64,000 bases of DNA from Bacteroidales bacterium (GTDB taxonomy: Bacteria > Bacteroidota > Bacteroidia > Bacteroidales > CAIWKO01), in NCBI GenBank assembly GCA_035389045.1, contig DAOORA010000019.1, forward strand, positions 1 through 64,000, written 5' to 3'. The translations under genes and the position numbers were made by a program. Positions 50,193 through 59,293 of this stretch are shown piece after piece. Each line of letters opens with the position of its first letter. Position 1 is the first letter of the stretch. The notes beneath the pieces were generated by a model that saw only the letters and a program-made list of their open reading frames with translations, had not been told where the DNA came from and did no database searches.

Positions 50193-50930
50193 ATGAGGAT
50201 TTTTGTGGCCATCGACGATACAGATAATTCCGAAAGCAAGGGTACGGGTTTCAGGGCCAGAGAACTGGCAGTCCTTATTCAAAAAAAAAATCTGGGATTG
50301 CTTTATGGAGTAACACGCCACCAGCTTTTTGTACATGAGAAGATTCCATATACATCTCATAACAGTTCAGCATGTATAGTTTTGATTGCTGATGAAAAAA
50401 ACCTTCGGAGCATTATTGATGTTTCAGCACAATATCTTATTGAAAATGCTGCCGATGGTTCTGATGCCGGATTATGTGTCTGTTCCGAAAAAAATATCAC
50501 GGCGGAACTGATCTCCTATGCAAAAAAAGCCAAAACAGAAGTCTTGACTATGGATACAGCCATAGAATTGGCTCAGAAACATCAGATTTTTCTGGAGGGT
50601 TTTACGGGAACCAGACAGGGCGTTATAGGATCATTAGCGGCGATCGGACTGCATGCGGAAGGCAACGACGGCCGTTTTCTGCAGGTAAGGGGTATGAGAG
50701 AACTTTTTGGTGTACACACGGTTAAATACATCCTTGAATACACCGGCGTGGAAAAAATCATGTCCACAGAAAACAAAATATTGTTTAATTTCGAAAAAAT
50801 TTTTCTTACCGAATGGTGGCGGCCTGTGCTTAATAATAAACAGGCAGTACTATATGTTGAAACAAAAAATGCATGTAATTATGAATACAGGGTTATCTCA
50901 AAAGAGCATATCAAAAACATATCCGACTAA
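50193..50930 (+). CDS. TiaS N-terminal-domain-like protein (DDTD motif; no OB-fold or Zn ribbon)
   Basis: MRIFVAIDDTDNSESKGTG, RHQL..HEKIPYTSHNSSAC, GSDAGLC, GTRQGVIGSLAAIG; 245 aa. Confidence 0.72.
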   Translation: MRIFVAIDDTDNSESKGTGFRARELAVLIQKKNLGLLYGVTRHQLFVHEKIPYTSHNSSACIVLIADEKNLRSIIDVSAQYLIENAADGSDAGLCVCSEKNITAELISYAKKAKTEVLTMDTAIELAQKHQIFLEGFTGTRQGVIGSLAAIGLHAEGNDGRFLQVRGMRELFGVHTVKYILEYTGVEKIMSTENKILFNFEKIFLTEWWRPVLNNKQAVLYVETKNACNYEYRVISKEHIKNISD

Positions 50931-51447
50931 GGCTTTATTAACCTTACTTGAGGTGTTGCTCCTGATAAGTATAGGAGCCATCGGGGTTCTGATTCACGCT
51001 AAATTCCGTTTTCCACTGAGATTGCCCGGGCACTGGGGATTGGTTTACATGGCGTTGATTTTTTCCGGGCGTTTGTTTTCAAAAAAACCTTATGCATCAA
51101 GCCTGTCAAGCCTGGGCGCTGTTGCTATGTTATTACTGCCCCTTGGATTTAAAGACCCTTTTATGCCTGTCCTGTATATCTTTCCGGGGTTTATTACGGA
51201 CGTTTTCTATAATATCTTTAAAAACGGAAAAAAACAGATAATTCTTATTGCCCTTATTTCCGGAGTGGCTTATATGTCTATACCTTTGTCGCGTTTATTT
51301 TTAACTTTGTTTACAGGAGTCATATATGGATCTTTCAGTACCGGATATATTTATCCTTTCATTATGCATTTTTTGTTCGGTGCATGTGGCGGCCTGACCG
51401 GTCTTGGGATATACTCCGTCATTAGGAAAATTCTTAAACGATTATAA
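50881..51447 (+). CDS. putative ECF-type S-component-like membrane protein
   Basis: About 188 aa, about 6 hydrophobic helices, PLRLPGHWGLVYMA after TM1, HFLFGACGGLTG in the last TM. Start at 50881 assumed; 50707 would overlap the upstream gene too far. Confidence 0.55.
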   Translation: MNTGLSQKSISKTYPTKALLTLLEVLLLISIGAIGVLIHAKFRFPLRLPGHWGLVYMALIFSGRLFSKKPYASSLSSLGAVAMLLLPLGFKDPFMPVLYIFPGFITDVFYNIFKNGKKQIILIALISGVAYMSIPLSRLFLTLFTGVIYGSFSTGYIYPFIMHFLFGACGGLTGLGIYSVIRKILKRL

Positions 51448-51450
51448 TTA

Positions 51451-52341
51451 ATGATAAACCAATCGTTTTTTTTCAAATTAGAGATACTCGTTTTCATTGT
51501 TGTTTTTTTCTCTTCATGTACCAAAAAAGATACAGACCCGCCTGTTATTACATTTGATGCTTCTGGCGGGCTGGTTTTCAAAGACACGGTATTTCCGGCC
51601 GGAACAAACTTCAAGGTGAGCCTTATTGCCGAAATGGGAGGGTCAAACATTACCAATTTTGTCATCAAAAATTATCACGACGGACAGGTCACCGATTATT
51701 TTGATACAGGCGTGAATAGCGAAACTATTAATATTACAAAGATACTGACCAAAAATGTTTTTGATACAGAAAAGTGGACTTTTATGGTCATCGATAAAAA
51801 TGGTAAAAATGCGTCTGTTTCATTTAATGTATATCGGGATACAAGCGCTGGATATCAATTGGTGAAAGTTTTTCCGGGCGTGATTCTTGGTGCACAGAAA
51901 AACCCTGCAAAAGGAAGCTTTATGAGCCTGAAAAGTGGCAACACATGGTTTCAGCCTGATGCATTCAACATCCAGGATTCAATAGAATTGCTGTATTATT
52001 TTGACTCAACCGGCGATGCCAATACTATTGCTTCTGCCGGTGCTAACATTGCCACGTTTATTTACCCTGGAAGTACAAGCCCTTTATACTGGTCAATCCG
52101 GCATGAAACCCGCTTTTATAAGACTGCATATTCAAATGTTGATTTTAATAATGTACAAAACGACAGCCTGTTGCTTGTTGCTTATGATGAAATCAATGGT
52201 AAGCGTAAGGCCAAAAATCTTGCCGCCGGCGATGTGTATTCATTTAAGACAGCTCATGCACGGTACGGTATGTTTTTAGTGGAACAGGTTCTTGGCGCCG
52301 ACTCCGGAATGGTGCAATTCACCATAAAAATCCAGAAATGA
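51451..52341 (+). CDS. outer-membrane lipoprotein, likely surface exposed
   Basis: Lipobox FFSS-C followed by TKKDTD (charged, export-signal-like), beta-rich. Stop overlaps the receptor start (ATGA). Confidence 0.72.
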   Translation: MINQSFFFKLEILVFIVVFFSSCTKKDTDPPVITFDASGGLVFKDTVFPAGTNFKVSLIAEMGGSNITNFVIKNYHDGQVTDYFDTGVNSETINITKILTKNVFDTEKWTFMVIDKNGKNASVSFNVYRDTSAGYQLVKVFPGVILGAQKNPAKGSFMSLKSGNTWFQPDAFNIQDSIELLYYFDSTGDANTIASAGANIATFIYPGSTSPLYWSIRHETRFYKTAYSNVDFNNVQNDSLLLVAYDEINGKRKAKNLAAGDVYSFKTAHARYGMFLVEQVLGADSGMVQFTIKIQK

Positions 52342-54635
52342 TGAAAAAAATTATTGTTTTTAGCATCATTGTGTTGTGGATTATTCAGGTATCTGCCCAG
52401 GGTAAAATAAGCGGTCTTGTAATGGATGAACAGACCGGAAATATACTCCCGGTTGCTACCGTAAAAATCCTTGAGTTAAATATGGTGACTACCTCAGATA
52501 AAGAAGGCGCTTATGTATTTAAATATATCCAACCAGGGAAATATCATCTCGCCTTCACCTATGTGGGCTATAAAAACGATACCGTTCAGGTCACCATGGG
52601 GAAAAAAAGTGACCGATATATTATTACAAAACTTACTAAGGCGGTTATCGATATCTCTGAGGTGACTGTCATTGCATCAAGAACCGAAAAAGGGTTCCGG
52701 GTTCCTGCAAGTATGGATGTGATCACCAAAAAACAGTTGCAGGAGTTGCCTGTTGTTTCTGTGGACGATGCATTAGTTTTAGTTTCCGGATTGAATGCTT
52801 CAAGAAATTATGGGATTTATAATAAAACAGGTGATGTAACCTTGCGCGGGCTTAACCGCAACATTTACAGCCTGATACTGCTCGATGGCGTGCCTTACAG
52901 CCTTTTCGACGGCAGCGCCAACCTGTGGAATAAACTGTATACCGAAAAAATTGATGACATCCAAATCGTAAAAGGGGCAAATTCGGCCTTGTATGGTAGC
53001 AATGCCATGTCAGGTGTAATTTGCATAAATACATACAAACCCGAAAAATCATTTGAAGCCAGGGCTAAGGTTTTTTTCGGGACTTATAATACGCAGGGCG
53101 GGAATCTTGTTGTTGGTGGCAACAGATCCAAAAATGACAGAGGGTTTTACTGGAGTGTCAATGGTTTTTACAGGAAAAGCGGAGGCTATATTATGGCGCC
53201 TGATTCGCTCAGAACACCTTATGATGTGAAAACCTACGTGATGGAATACAACGCATTGGCAAAAACCGGTTATCAGTTTGGTAAAGGTCATAACATCGAA
53301 GTTGAATATGAGTACTCATCCGATAAACGCGGTACCGGTAGTAAATTTTTCGAAGAACAGGGAAGTTATAACCATTACAGAACTCACTTTACCAGATTAT
53401 CATACAATCGTGTGCATGACAACCACGAGATTCATGCCAATGTTTTTTTTAAAAAGGAAGGGTATATAAAACAAAATGAATCCATCAAGAAAAACACCGG
53501 ATTGTACACATTTTACAATACGGACACCGATACACATGACGAAGGGCTTTGGTTCAGTTATACCACCAGGACAATAAAAAATAATGTGCTTACTGTTGGA
53601 ACAGATGTTAAAAGCGGTGCTGTTTATTCAAATGATATTTATCATACTTCTGTTGATACCATTGAAAATAATGGGAAAATGGATTTTTTCGGCGTTTTTA
53701 TTCAGGACCAGTTATCCCTGCTGAAAGACAAATTTGTGATTTTGGCCGCACTGCGTGCCGATCTGGTACACTTCTACGGAGGGATTTTCCATATATATTC
53801 ACCAACGCTTGCTACATCTTTTTTGTATGATTACCAGGGAGATTTTAAAGCAAAATCGTGGTTTGCATTGAGTCCGAAAGCAGGGTTTAAATATATTTTT
53901 AACGAAAACTTTAATATCTATGCGTTGTATTCCTGGGGTTTCAGGCCGCCACAGATCAACGACCTTTCGCGAACCGGAGATGTAAACAAAGGTTTCAAAC
54001 TTGCCAATCCCGGCCTGAAACCTGAACGTATTCAGAGTGTGGAACTGGGTGCAGGATTACGTCCCGCAAAATGGTTGCTGATTCAGCCCATAGTGTTTTA
54101 TTCAAAAGGTATAGATTTTCAGTATTTTGTTGCAACTGGCGATTCGGTATATACTTCGGGGGTGAATATGAAACCTGTCATAAAAAGACAAAATGTCGGA
54201 AGAGTTAATATCGCAGGATTTGAACTTAAAACCAGTATCAGTTTTACAAAAAACATGAAACTAACAACTTGTTATTCCTATAATTATTCGGTTATCGGAA
54301 AATACCTGCCGGGCACGGTTGTTACAACCGATCTCACGGGCAGGGACCTGATCGAAGTTCCCAGAAACCTTTTCAGTGGCATTTATACCTGGAATAACAG
54401 AATTATAACGGCAACTCTTACAGCTAAGTTCATTGATAAAGAATGGGTCGACGATGAAAATACTATCAGACTTGACTCGTATTGGACTTTCGATGCCAGG
54501 ATACAGCGTATGTTTTATAACAAAATTAATTTTGCGCTGACCTGTCAGAATATTTTAAACAAACGCTTTGTGGACAGCAAGGGCTACCTTTCGCCAGGAA
54601 GATACTTTTTGTTTGAATTGTCTTTCAACTGGTAA
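52338..54635 (+). CDS. TonB-dependent receptor (non-SusC; BtuB/heme-receptor-like architecture)
   Basis: Signal peptide, CarboxypepD_reg-like N-domain (GKISGLVMDEQTG..YVGY), plug (EVTVIASR, LRGL, LLDGVP, IVKGANSALYGSNAMSGVI), ANPGLKPE, C-terminal PGRYFLFELSFNW. Confidence 0.9.
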   Translation: MMKKIIVFSIIVLWIIQVSAQGKISGLVMDEQTGNILPVATVKILELNMVTTSDKEGAYVFKYIQPGKYHLAFTYVGYKNDTVQVTMGKKSDRYIITKLTKAVIDISEVTVIASRTEKGFRVPASMDVITKKQLQELPVVSVDDALVLVSGLNASRNYGIYNKTGDVTLRGLNRNIYSLILLDGVPYSLFDGSANLWNKLYTEKIDDIQIVKGANSALYGSNAMSGVICINTYKPEKSFEARAKVFFGTYNTQGGNLVVGGNRSKNDRGFYWSVNGFYRKSGGYIMAPDSLRTPYDVKTYVMEYNALAKTGYQFGKGHNIEVEYEYSSDKRGTGSKFFEEQGSYNHYRTHFTRLSYNRVHDNHEIHANVFFKKEGYIKQNESIKKNTGLYTFYNTDTDTHDEGLWFSYTTRTIKNNVLTVGTDVKSGAVYSNDIYHTSVDTIENNGKMDFFGVFIQDQLSLLKDKFVILAALRADLVHFYGGIFHIYSPTLATSFLYDYQGDFKAKSWFALSPKAGFKYIFNENFNIYALYSWGFRPPQINDLSRTGDVNKGFKLANPGLKPERIQSVELGAGLRPAKWLLIQPIVFYSKGIDFQYFVATGDSVYTSGVNMKPVIKRQNVGRVNIAGFELKTSISFTKNMKLTTCYSYNYSVIGKYLPGTVVTTDLTGRDLIEVPRNLFSGIYTWNNRIITATLTAKFIDKEWVDDENTIRLDSYWTFDARIQRMFYNKINFALTCQNILNKRFVDSKGYLSPGRYFLFELSFNW

Positions 54636-54730
54636 GGAGTACATTCCAATCAATCATTTTTCAAATTCTTATATTTATTTTTCCTTATATTAATTAATGA
54701 GTTTTTATATGAAAATTGTCTATTTTTTAT

Positions 54731-54738
54731 TAATTTTG
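54731..54738 (+). promoter_or_regulatory. -7 element upstream of lpdA
   Basis: TAATTTTG about 26 nt before ATG 54764; suggests lpdA is transcribed separately from the upstream operon. Confidence 0.6.
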
Positions 54739-54763
54739 CACTACAAATAACAAGAAGTAGTAT

Positions 54764-56155
54764 ATGAATTTCGATATTATTATAATAGGTTCAGGACCGG
54801 GTGGTTATGTGGCTGGCATAAGAGCGTCGCAATTAGGTTTTTCCGTTGCTATGGTTGAACAGGCCGAGGTAGGCGGTATATGTCTAAATTGGGGCTGCAT
54901 TCCTACCAAAGCGCTTCTGAAATCTGCCCAGGTTTATAATTATGCAAAACATGCCGCTGAATATGGAATTACGCTTACAGGCGATGTTGCTTTTGATTTT
55001 CAGACTATCGTCAGACGCAGCCGTGATGTTGCGGAAAATATGAGCAAGGGTGTTCAGTTTTTGTTCAGAAAAAATAAAATCGAAGTAATTAAAGGCCATG
55101 GAAAGATTTTGCCGGGCGGAAAAGTGGAAGTTACCGGCGGTGAAGGCCAAATATCGGTTTATGAGGCAAGACATATTATTCTTGCTACAGGATCACGTGC
55201 ACGGGAACTTCCCAATCTGAAAATCGACGGCAAAAAAATTATTGGATACCGCCAGGCAATGACCTTGGAAAAACAACCACAATCATTGGTGGTAATAGGT
55301 TCCGGGGCTATCGGTTCGGAGTTTGCACACTTTTATAATACACTTGGCACCAAAGTGACACTGGTAGAGATGTTGCCCAATGTAGTTCCTGTCGAAGATG
55401 AGGATGTGTCAAAACAACTGGAACGTTCTTTCAAAAAAAGCGGAATGAAAGTTTATACTGCTTCTGTCGTTGAAAGTGTTGATACCAGTGGCGAAATTTG
55501 TAAGGTTTCGATAAAAACCCCAAAAAATGTTGAGGTGGTCGAAGCGGAAGTTGTTCTTTCTGCTGTTGGCGTAAGCACCAACCTTGAAAATTTAGGATTG
55601 GAAGAAACCGGCATACTGACCGAAAGAGGAAAAGTCCTGGTGGATGAGTACTACCGGACCAACCAGGAAGGGTATTATGCCATCGGCGATATTGTAAAGG
55701 GGCCTGCCCTGGCTCATGTGGCTTCGCGCGAAGGTATTGTCTGTGTTGAAAAAATTGCCGGGAAAGACGTGGCGCCTGTGGATTATAGTAATATTCCGGG
55801 CTGTACATATACACATCCGGAGGTTGCCTCAGTGGGATATACCGAAAAAGCAGCCATCGAAGCAGGGTTGACCATAAAAACCGGAAAGTTCCCTTTTACT
55901 GCCAGTGGAAAAGCCAATTCTTCGGGGTTCAGGGACGGTTTTATCAAAGTGATTTTTGATGCTGATTCCGGCAAATGGCTCGGAGCTCATTTTATCGGCG
56001 AGAATGTTACCGAAATGATAGCCGAAGTAGTAGTGGCGCGTAATATAGGCGCTACGGCTCACGATATTCTCACGGCAGTGCATCCGCACCCCACCATGTC
56101 CGAAGCCGTTATGGAAGCCGTGGCAGCGGCATACGGTGAGGTGATTCATATATAA
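54764..56155 (+). CDS. lpdA: dihydrolipoyl dehydrogenase
   Basis: IGSGPGGYVA, GGICLNWGCIPTKALL, GSGAIGSE, HPHPTMSE. Confidence 0.96.
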   Translation: MNFDIIIIGSGPGGYVAGIRASQLGFSVAMVEQAEVGGICLNWGCIPTKALLKSAQVYNYAKHAAEYGITLTGDVAFDFQTIVRRSRDVAENMSKGVQFLFRKNKIEVIKGHGKILPGGKVEVTGGEGQISVYEARHIILATGSRARELPNLKIDGKKIIGYRQAMTLEKQPQSLVVIGSGAIGSEFAHFYNTLGTKVTLVEMLPNVVPVEDEDVSKQLERSFKKSGMKVYTASVVESVDTSGEICKVSIKTPKNVEVVEAEVVLSAVGVSTNLENLGLEETGILTERGKVLVDEYYRTNQEGYYAIGDIVKGPALAHVASREGIVCVEKIAGKDVAPVDYSNIPGCTYTHPEVASVGYTEKAAIEAGLTIKTGKFPFTASGKANSSGFRDGFIKVIFDADSGKWLGAHFIGENVTEMIAEVVVARNIGATAHDILTAVHPHPTMSEAVMEAVAAAYGEVIHI

Positions 56156-56167
56156 TGGTAAACTGAA

Positions 56168-58060
56168 ATGTGCGGTATCTCAGGCATAATAGCTTTCAGC
56201 GAAACAGGAAGAAATTATCTGCAAAACATTCATGCTGCTGTTGCTGCTATGAAAACAAGGGGGCCTGATAATAATGGAGTTTATATCAACGGTAATGTAG
56301 CTTTCGGCCATAACAGACTTTCCGTTATTGATGTTTCCGATGCTGCATCACAACCCTTTACGGATGAATCAGGAAGATATACCATCGTTTTTAACGGAGA
56401 GTTTTTTAATTTCAAATCCCATCGTGATCAGCTCATTTCCCGGGGAATACAACTGAAGTCAACCAGCGATACGGAAGTGCTGTTGTATTTATATATGCTT
56501 GAAGGGACTGCCTGTCTTCAAAAAATAAACGGGTTCTTTGCCTTGGCTATTCATGATAAGCATGAAGATACTGTTTTTATTGCTCGCGACCGCATGGGCG
56601 TCAAACCTTTGTTAATATATAAAGATCGGGACAAACTGTGCTTTGCTTCCGAAATGAAAGCCCTGTTTGCAATGCAGATACCTAAGCAACTAGACAGGGT
56701 GTCATTGCATGCTTATATGCAAATGAATTACATACCCGCCAATTTCACAATGATTAGCCATGTCGTAAAACTGGAACCGGGAAATTATCTGATGGTGAGG
56801 AAAAATTCAGCGGAACAGAAACAATATTATGCGATGCCTTATTCTCCTGGCCAGACAGATGCAAAGGCCGATTATGATACCTCCTGTAAGCGTGTGAAAC
56901 AGCTGTTACTTGAATCCGTTGAAAAAAGAATGATTTCGGATGTTCCTCTTGGCGCTTTTCTCAGCGGAGGTGTCGACTCTTCTGTAATAGTGGCTCTTGC
57001 ATCGCAATTCACAAAACAGTTAAACACATTTTCTATCGGGTTCAGGGATGAACCTTTTTTTGATGAAACCCGTTATGCACAAATTGTTGCAAATAAATTT
57101 AACACCAGCCATACTGTTTTTTCTCTTACCCAGGATGATCTTTTGGCTGTTTTGTTTGATGTGCTTGATTATGTTGACGATCCTTTCGCTGATTCTTCAG
57201 CTATTGCAGTTTATTTGCTGAGCAGGGAAACCCGGAAGTTTGTTACTGTGGCCTTATCGGGAGATGGAGCCGATGAACTTTTCGGAGGATATCTGAAACA
57301 TACAGGTGAATATAAGATCAGGATGGCAGGACCACCGGAAAAACTTCTGAAATACTGTTTGCCATTGATTAACAGGCTTCCGCAGTCGCGAAATTCTGCT
57401 TTTTCCAATAAAGTACGGCAGATTGCAAAATATGCCAACGGACTGAAACTCTCAGATCGGGAACGTTACTGGCGGTGGTGTTCTTTTATTTCCGAAGAAG
57501 ATGCCGGGCACATCATTTTAAAAAAGATCGACATTGACGAATATCTGGAACGTAAGAATACTATTTTAAAAAATATTACCTGTAAGGGAAGTATGAATGA
57601 TGTTTTGTTTGCCGATATGAAACATGTGCTGGTAAATGATATGCTGACCAAAGTTGATCTGATGTCAATGGCCAGTTCACTCGAAGTCAGAACACCCTTC
57701 CTTGATGTTGAACTTGTAAATTATGTTTTTTCACTGCCTGATTCATTCAAAGTTCAGGGAAACCTCAGGAAACGTATTTTACAGGATGCTTTTAAAGACG
57801 ATTTGCCGGCTGAAATATTTCACAGGGCGAAACATGGTTTTGAAGTTCCCTTATTAAAATGGTTCAGGAATGAGTTGTTTTCCATGATAAATGACGACCT
57901 GCTTCACGATGACTTTATTGCCGGACAGGGCATATTCAGTGTTGCTGAAACAAAAAAACTCAAAACTCGTTTACAGTCTAATAATCCAGGCGATGTTCAT
58001 GCTCAGATATGGGGATTATTGGTTTTTCAATATTGGTGGAAAAAGTATTTTGCAAATTAA
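56168..58060 (+). CDS. asnB: asparagine synthase (glutamine-hydrolysing), polysaccharide-locus amidotransferase type
   Basis: MCGISG, RGPD, FNGE, SDTEV, RDRMGVKPL, FLSGGVDSS, LSGDGADELFGGY, SLEVRTPFLD. Confidence 0.92.
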   Translation: MCGISGIIAFSETGRNYLQNIHAAVAAMKTRGPDNNGVYINGNVAFGHNRLSVIDVSDAASQPFTDESGRYTIVFNGEFFNFKSHRDQLISRGIQLKSTSDTEVLLYLYMLEGTACLQKINGFFALAIHDKHEDTVFIARDRMGVKPLLIYKDRDKLCFASEMKALFAMQIPKQLDRVSLHAYMQMNYIPANFTMISHVVKLEPGNYLMVRKNSAEQKQYYAMPYSPGQTDAKADYDTSCKRVKQLLLESVEKRMISDVPLGAFLSGGVDSSVIVALASQFTKQLNTFSIGFRDEPFFDETRYAQIVANKFNTSHTVFSLTQDDLLAVLFDVLDYVDDPFADSSAIAVYLLSRETRKFVTVALSGDGADELFGGYLKHTGEYKIRMAGPPEKLLKYCLPLINRLPQSRNSAFSNKVRQIAKYANGLKLSDRERYWRWCSFISEEDAGHIILKKIDIDEYLERKNTILKNITCKGSMNDVLFADMKHVLVNDMLTKVDLMSMASSLEVRTPFLDVELVNYVFSLPDSFKVQGNLRKRILQDAFKDDLPAEIFHRAKHGFEVPLLKWFRNELFSMINDDLLHDDFIAGQGIFSVAETKKLKTRLQSNNPGDVHAQIWGLLVFQYWWKKYFAN

Positions 58061-58069
58061 ACTGATGTT

Positions 58070-59254
58070 ATGCCTAGAGTATTAAGGATCATCAACCGTT
58101 TTAACCTCGGCGGGCCGACATACAACGCTGCCTATCTTACACGATATATGTCGCCTGAATTTCAGACCTTGCTGGTTGGTGGCATGAAAGACGAAACGGA
58201 AGAAAACTCTGAATTTATTGTCCGTAATCTTGGAATTGTTCCTGTGATTATTCCTGAAATGCGCCGCTCCATAAACCCGGTTCAGGATGCTGTTGCATTA
58301 AAAAGATTAATTTCTATCATTGGGGATTTCAGGCCTGATATTGTACATACTCATGCTTCTAAGGCCGGAGCTTTGGGTCGCAGGGCGGCACACAGGATGA
58401 ACGTTCCGGTGATTATTCATACTTTTCACGGCCATGTTTTTGATGCTTACTTCAGTGGCATTAAATCCCATATCTACCAGCATATTGAGAGAGTGCTTGC
58501 TAAAAAATCAACAAAGATCATTGCTCTGAGCGAAATTCAAAAATTTGATCTTGTGCATAAATATAAGATTTGCCCCGAAGAAAAAGTAAGGGTGATACCG
58601 CTCGGATTTGACTTAAGTCGTTTCAGGGATAGTATGGACGAAAAAAGAATAAAGTTTCGTAAAGATCATTTGCTTGATGATGATGAAATAGCTGTCGGAA
58701 TTATCGGGCGTATAGTCCCGATAAAAAATCACACCCTTTTTCTGGAAGGAATTAAATATATCACAGAGCAATCAGGAAAAAAGATCAGGGCATTCATTGT
58801 GGGCGACGGCGAAGATAAAAATAAGGTGCGGGAAAAATGTCATGCCCTCGGCCTGAGTTGTGTTGATTTTACTGCTGAGAAAAGAAAAGCTGCCGTAACC
58901 TTTACTTCCTGGATAAAAGATGTTGATTGTGTCAATGCAGGATTGGACATCGTTTCTCTTACCTCATTAAATGAAGGTACTCCCGTGAGCCTTATCGAAG
59001 CCCAGGCATCTGGAAAACCAATAATAACTACAAATGTAGGGGGTATTGAGAATATTGTGATCCCGGGGCAGACGGCATTACTGTCGGATATTGGCATTGC
59101 AGATTATCGGAATAAGTTAATGAAACTTGTTTTGGACGAAACCATGAGGAGAAATTTCGGTAATGCCGGATGGAATTTTGTTAATCAAAAATTTTCATAT
59201 TTGCGTTTGGTCAATGATATGAAAAAATTATATTATGAATTATTGGCTATGTAA
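58070..59254 (+). CDS. glycosyltransferase family 4
   Basis: RFNLGGP, PDIVHTHASKAG, HTFHGH, NEGTPVSLIEAQASG. Confidence 0.9.
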   Translation: MPRVLRIINRFNLGGPTYNAAYLTRYMSPEFQTLLVGGMKDETEENSEFIVRNLGIVPVIIPEMRRSINPVQDAVALKRLISIIGDFRPDIVHTHASKAGALGRRAAHRMNVPVIIHTFHGHVFDAYFSGIKSHIYQHIERVLAKKSTKIIALSEIQKFDLVHKYKICPEEKVRVIPLGFDLSRFRDSMDEKRIKFRKDHLLDDDEIAVGIIGRIVPIKNHTLFLEGIKYITEQSGKKIRAFIVGDGEDKNKVREKCHALGLSCVDFTAEKRKAAVTFTSWIKDVDCVNAGLDIVSLTSLNEGTPVSLIEAQASGKPIITTNVGGIENIVIPGQTALLSDIGIADYRNKLMKLVLDETMRRNFGNAGWNFVNQKFSYLRLVNDMKKLYYELLAM

Positions 59255-59293
59255 CTTACGGGTGGAAATTATTAAATTTGTAAAAAATTTAAA

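Noticed and set aside
54764..56155. lpdA as part of the uptake operon (lipoate salvage hypothesis)
   Set aside because: Separated by a 128-nt AT-rich spacer with its own TAATTTTG promoter motif, and no lipoate ligase nearby; adjacency alone is insufficient
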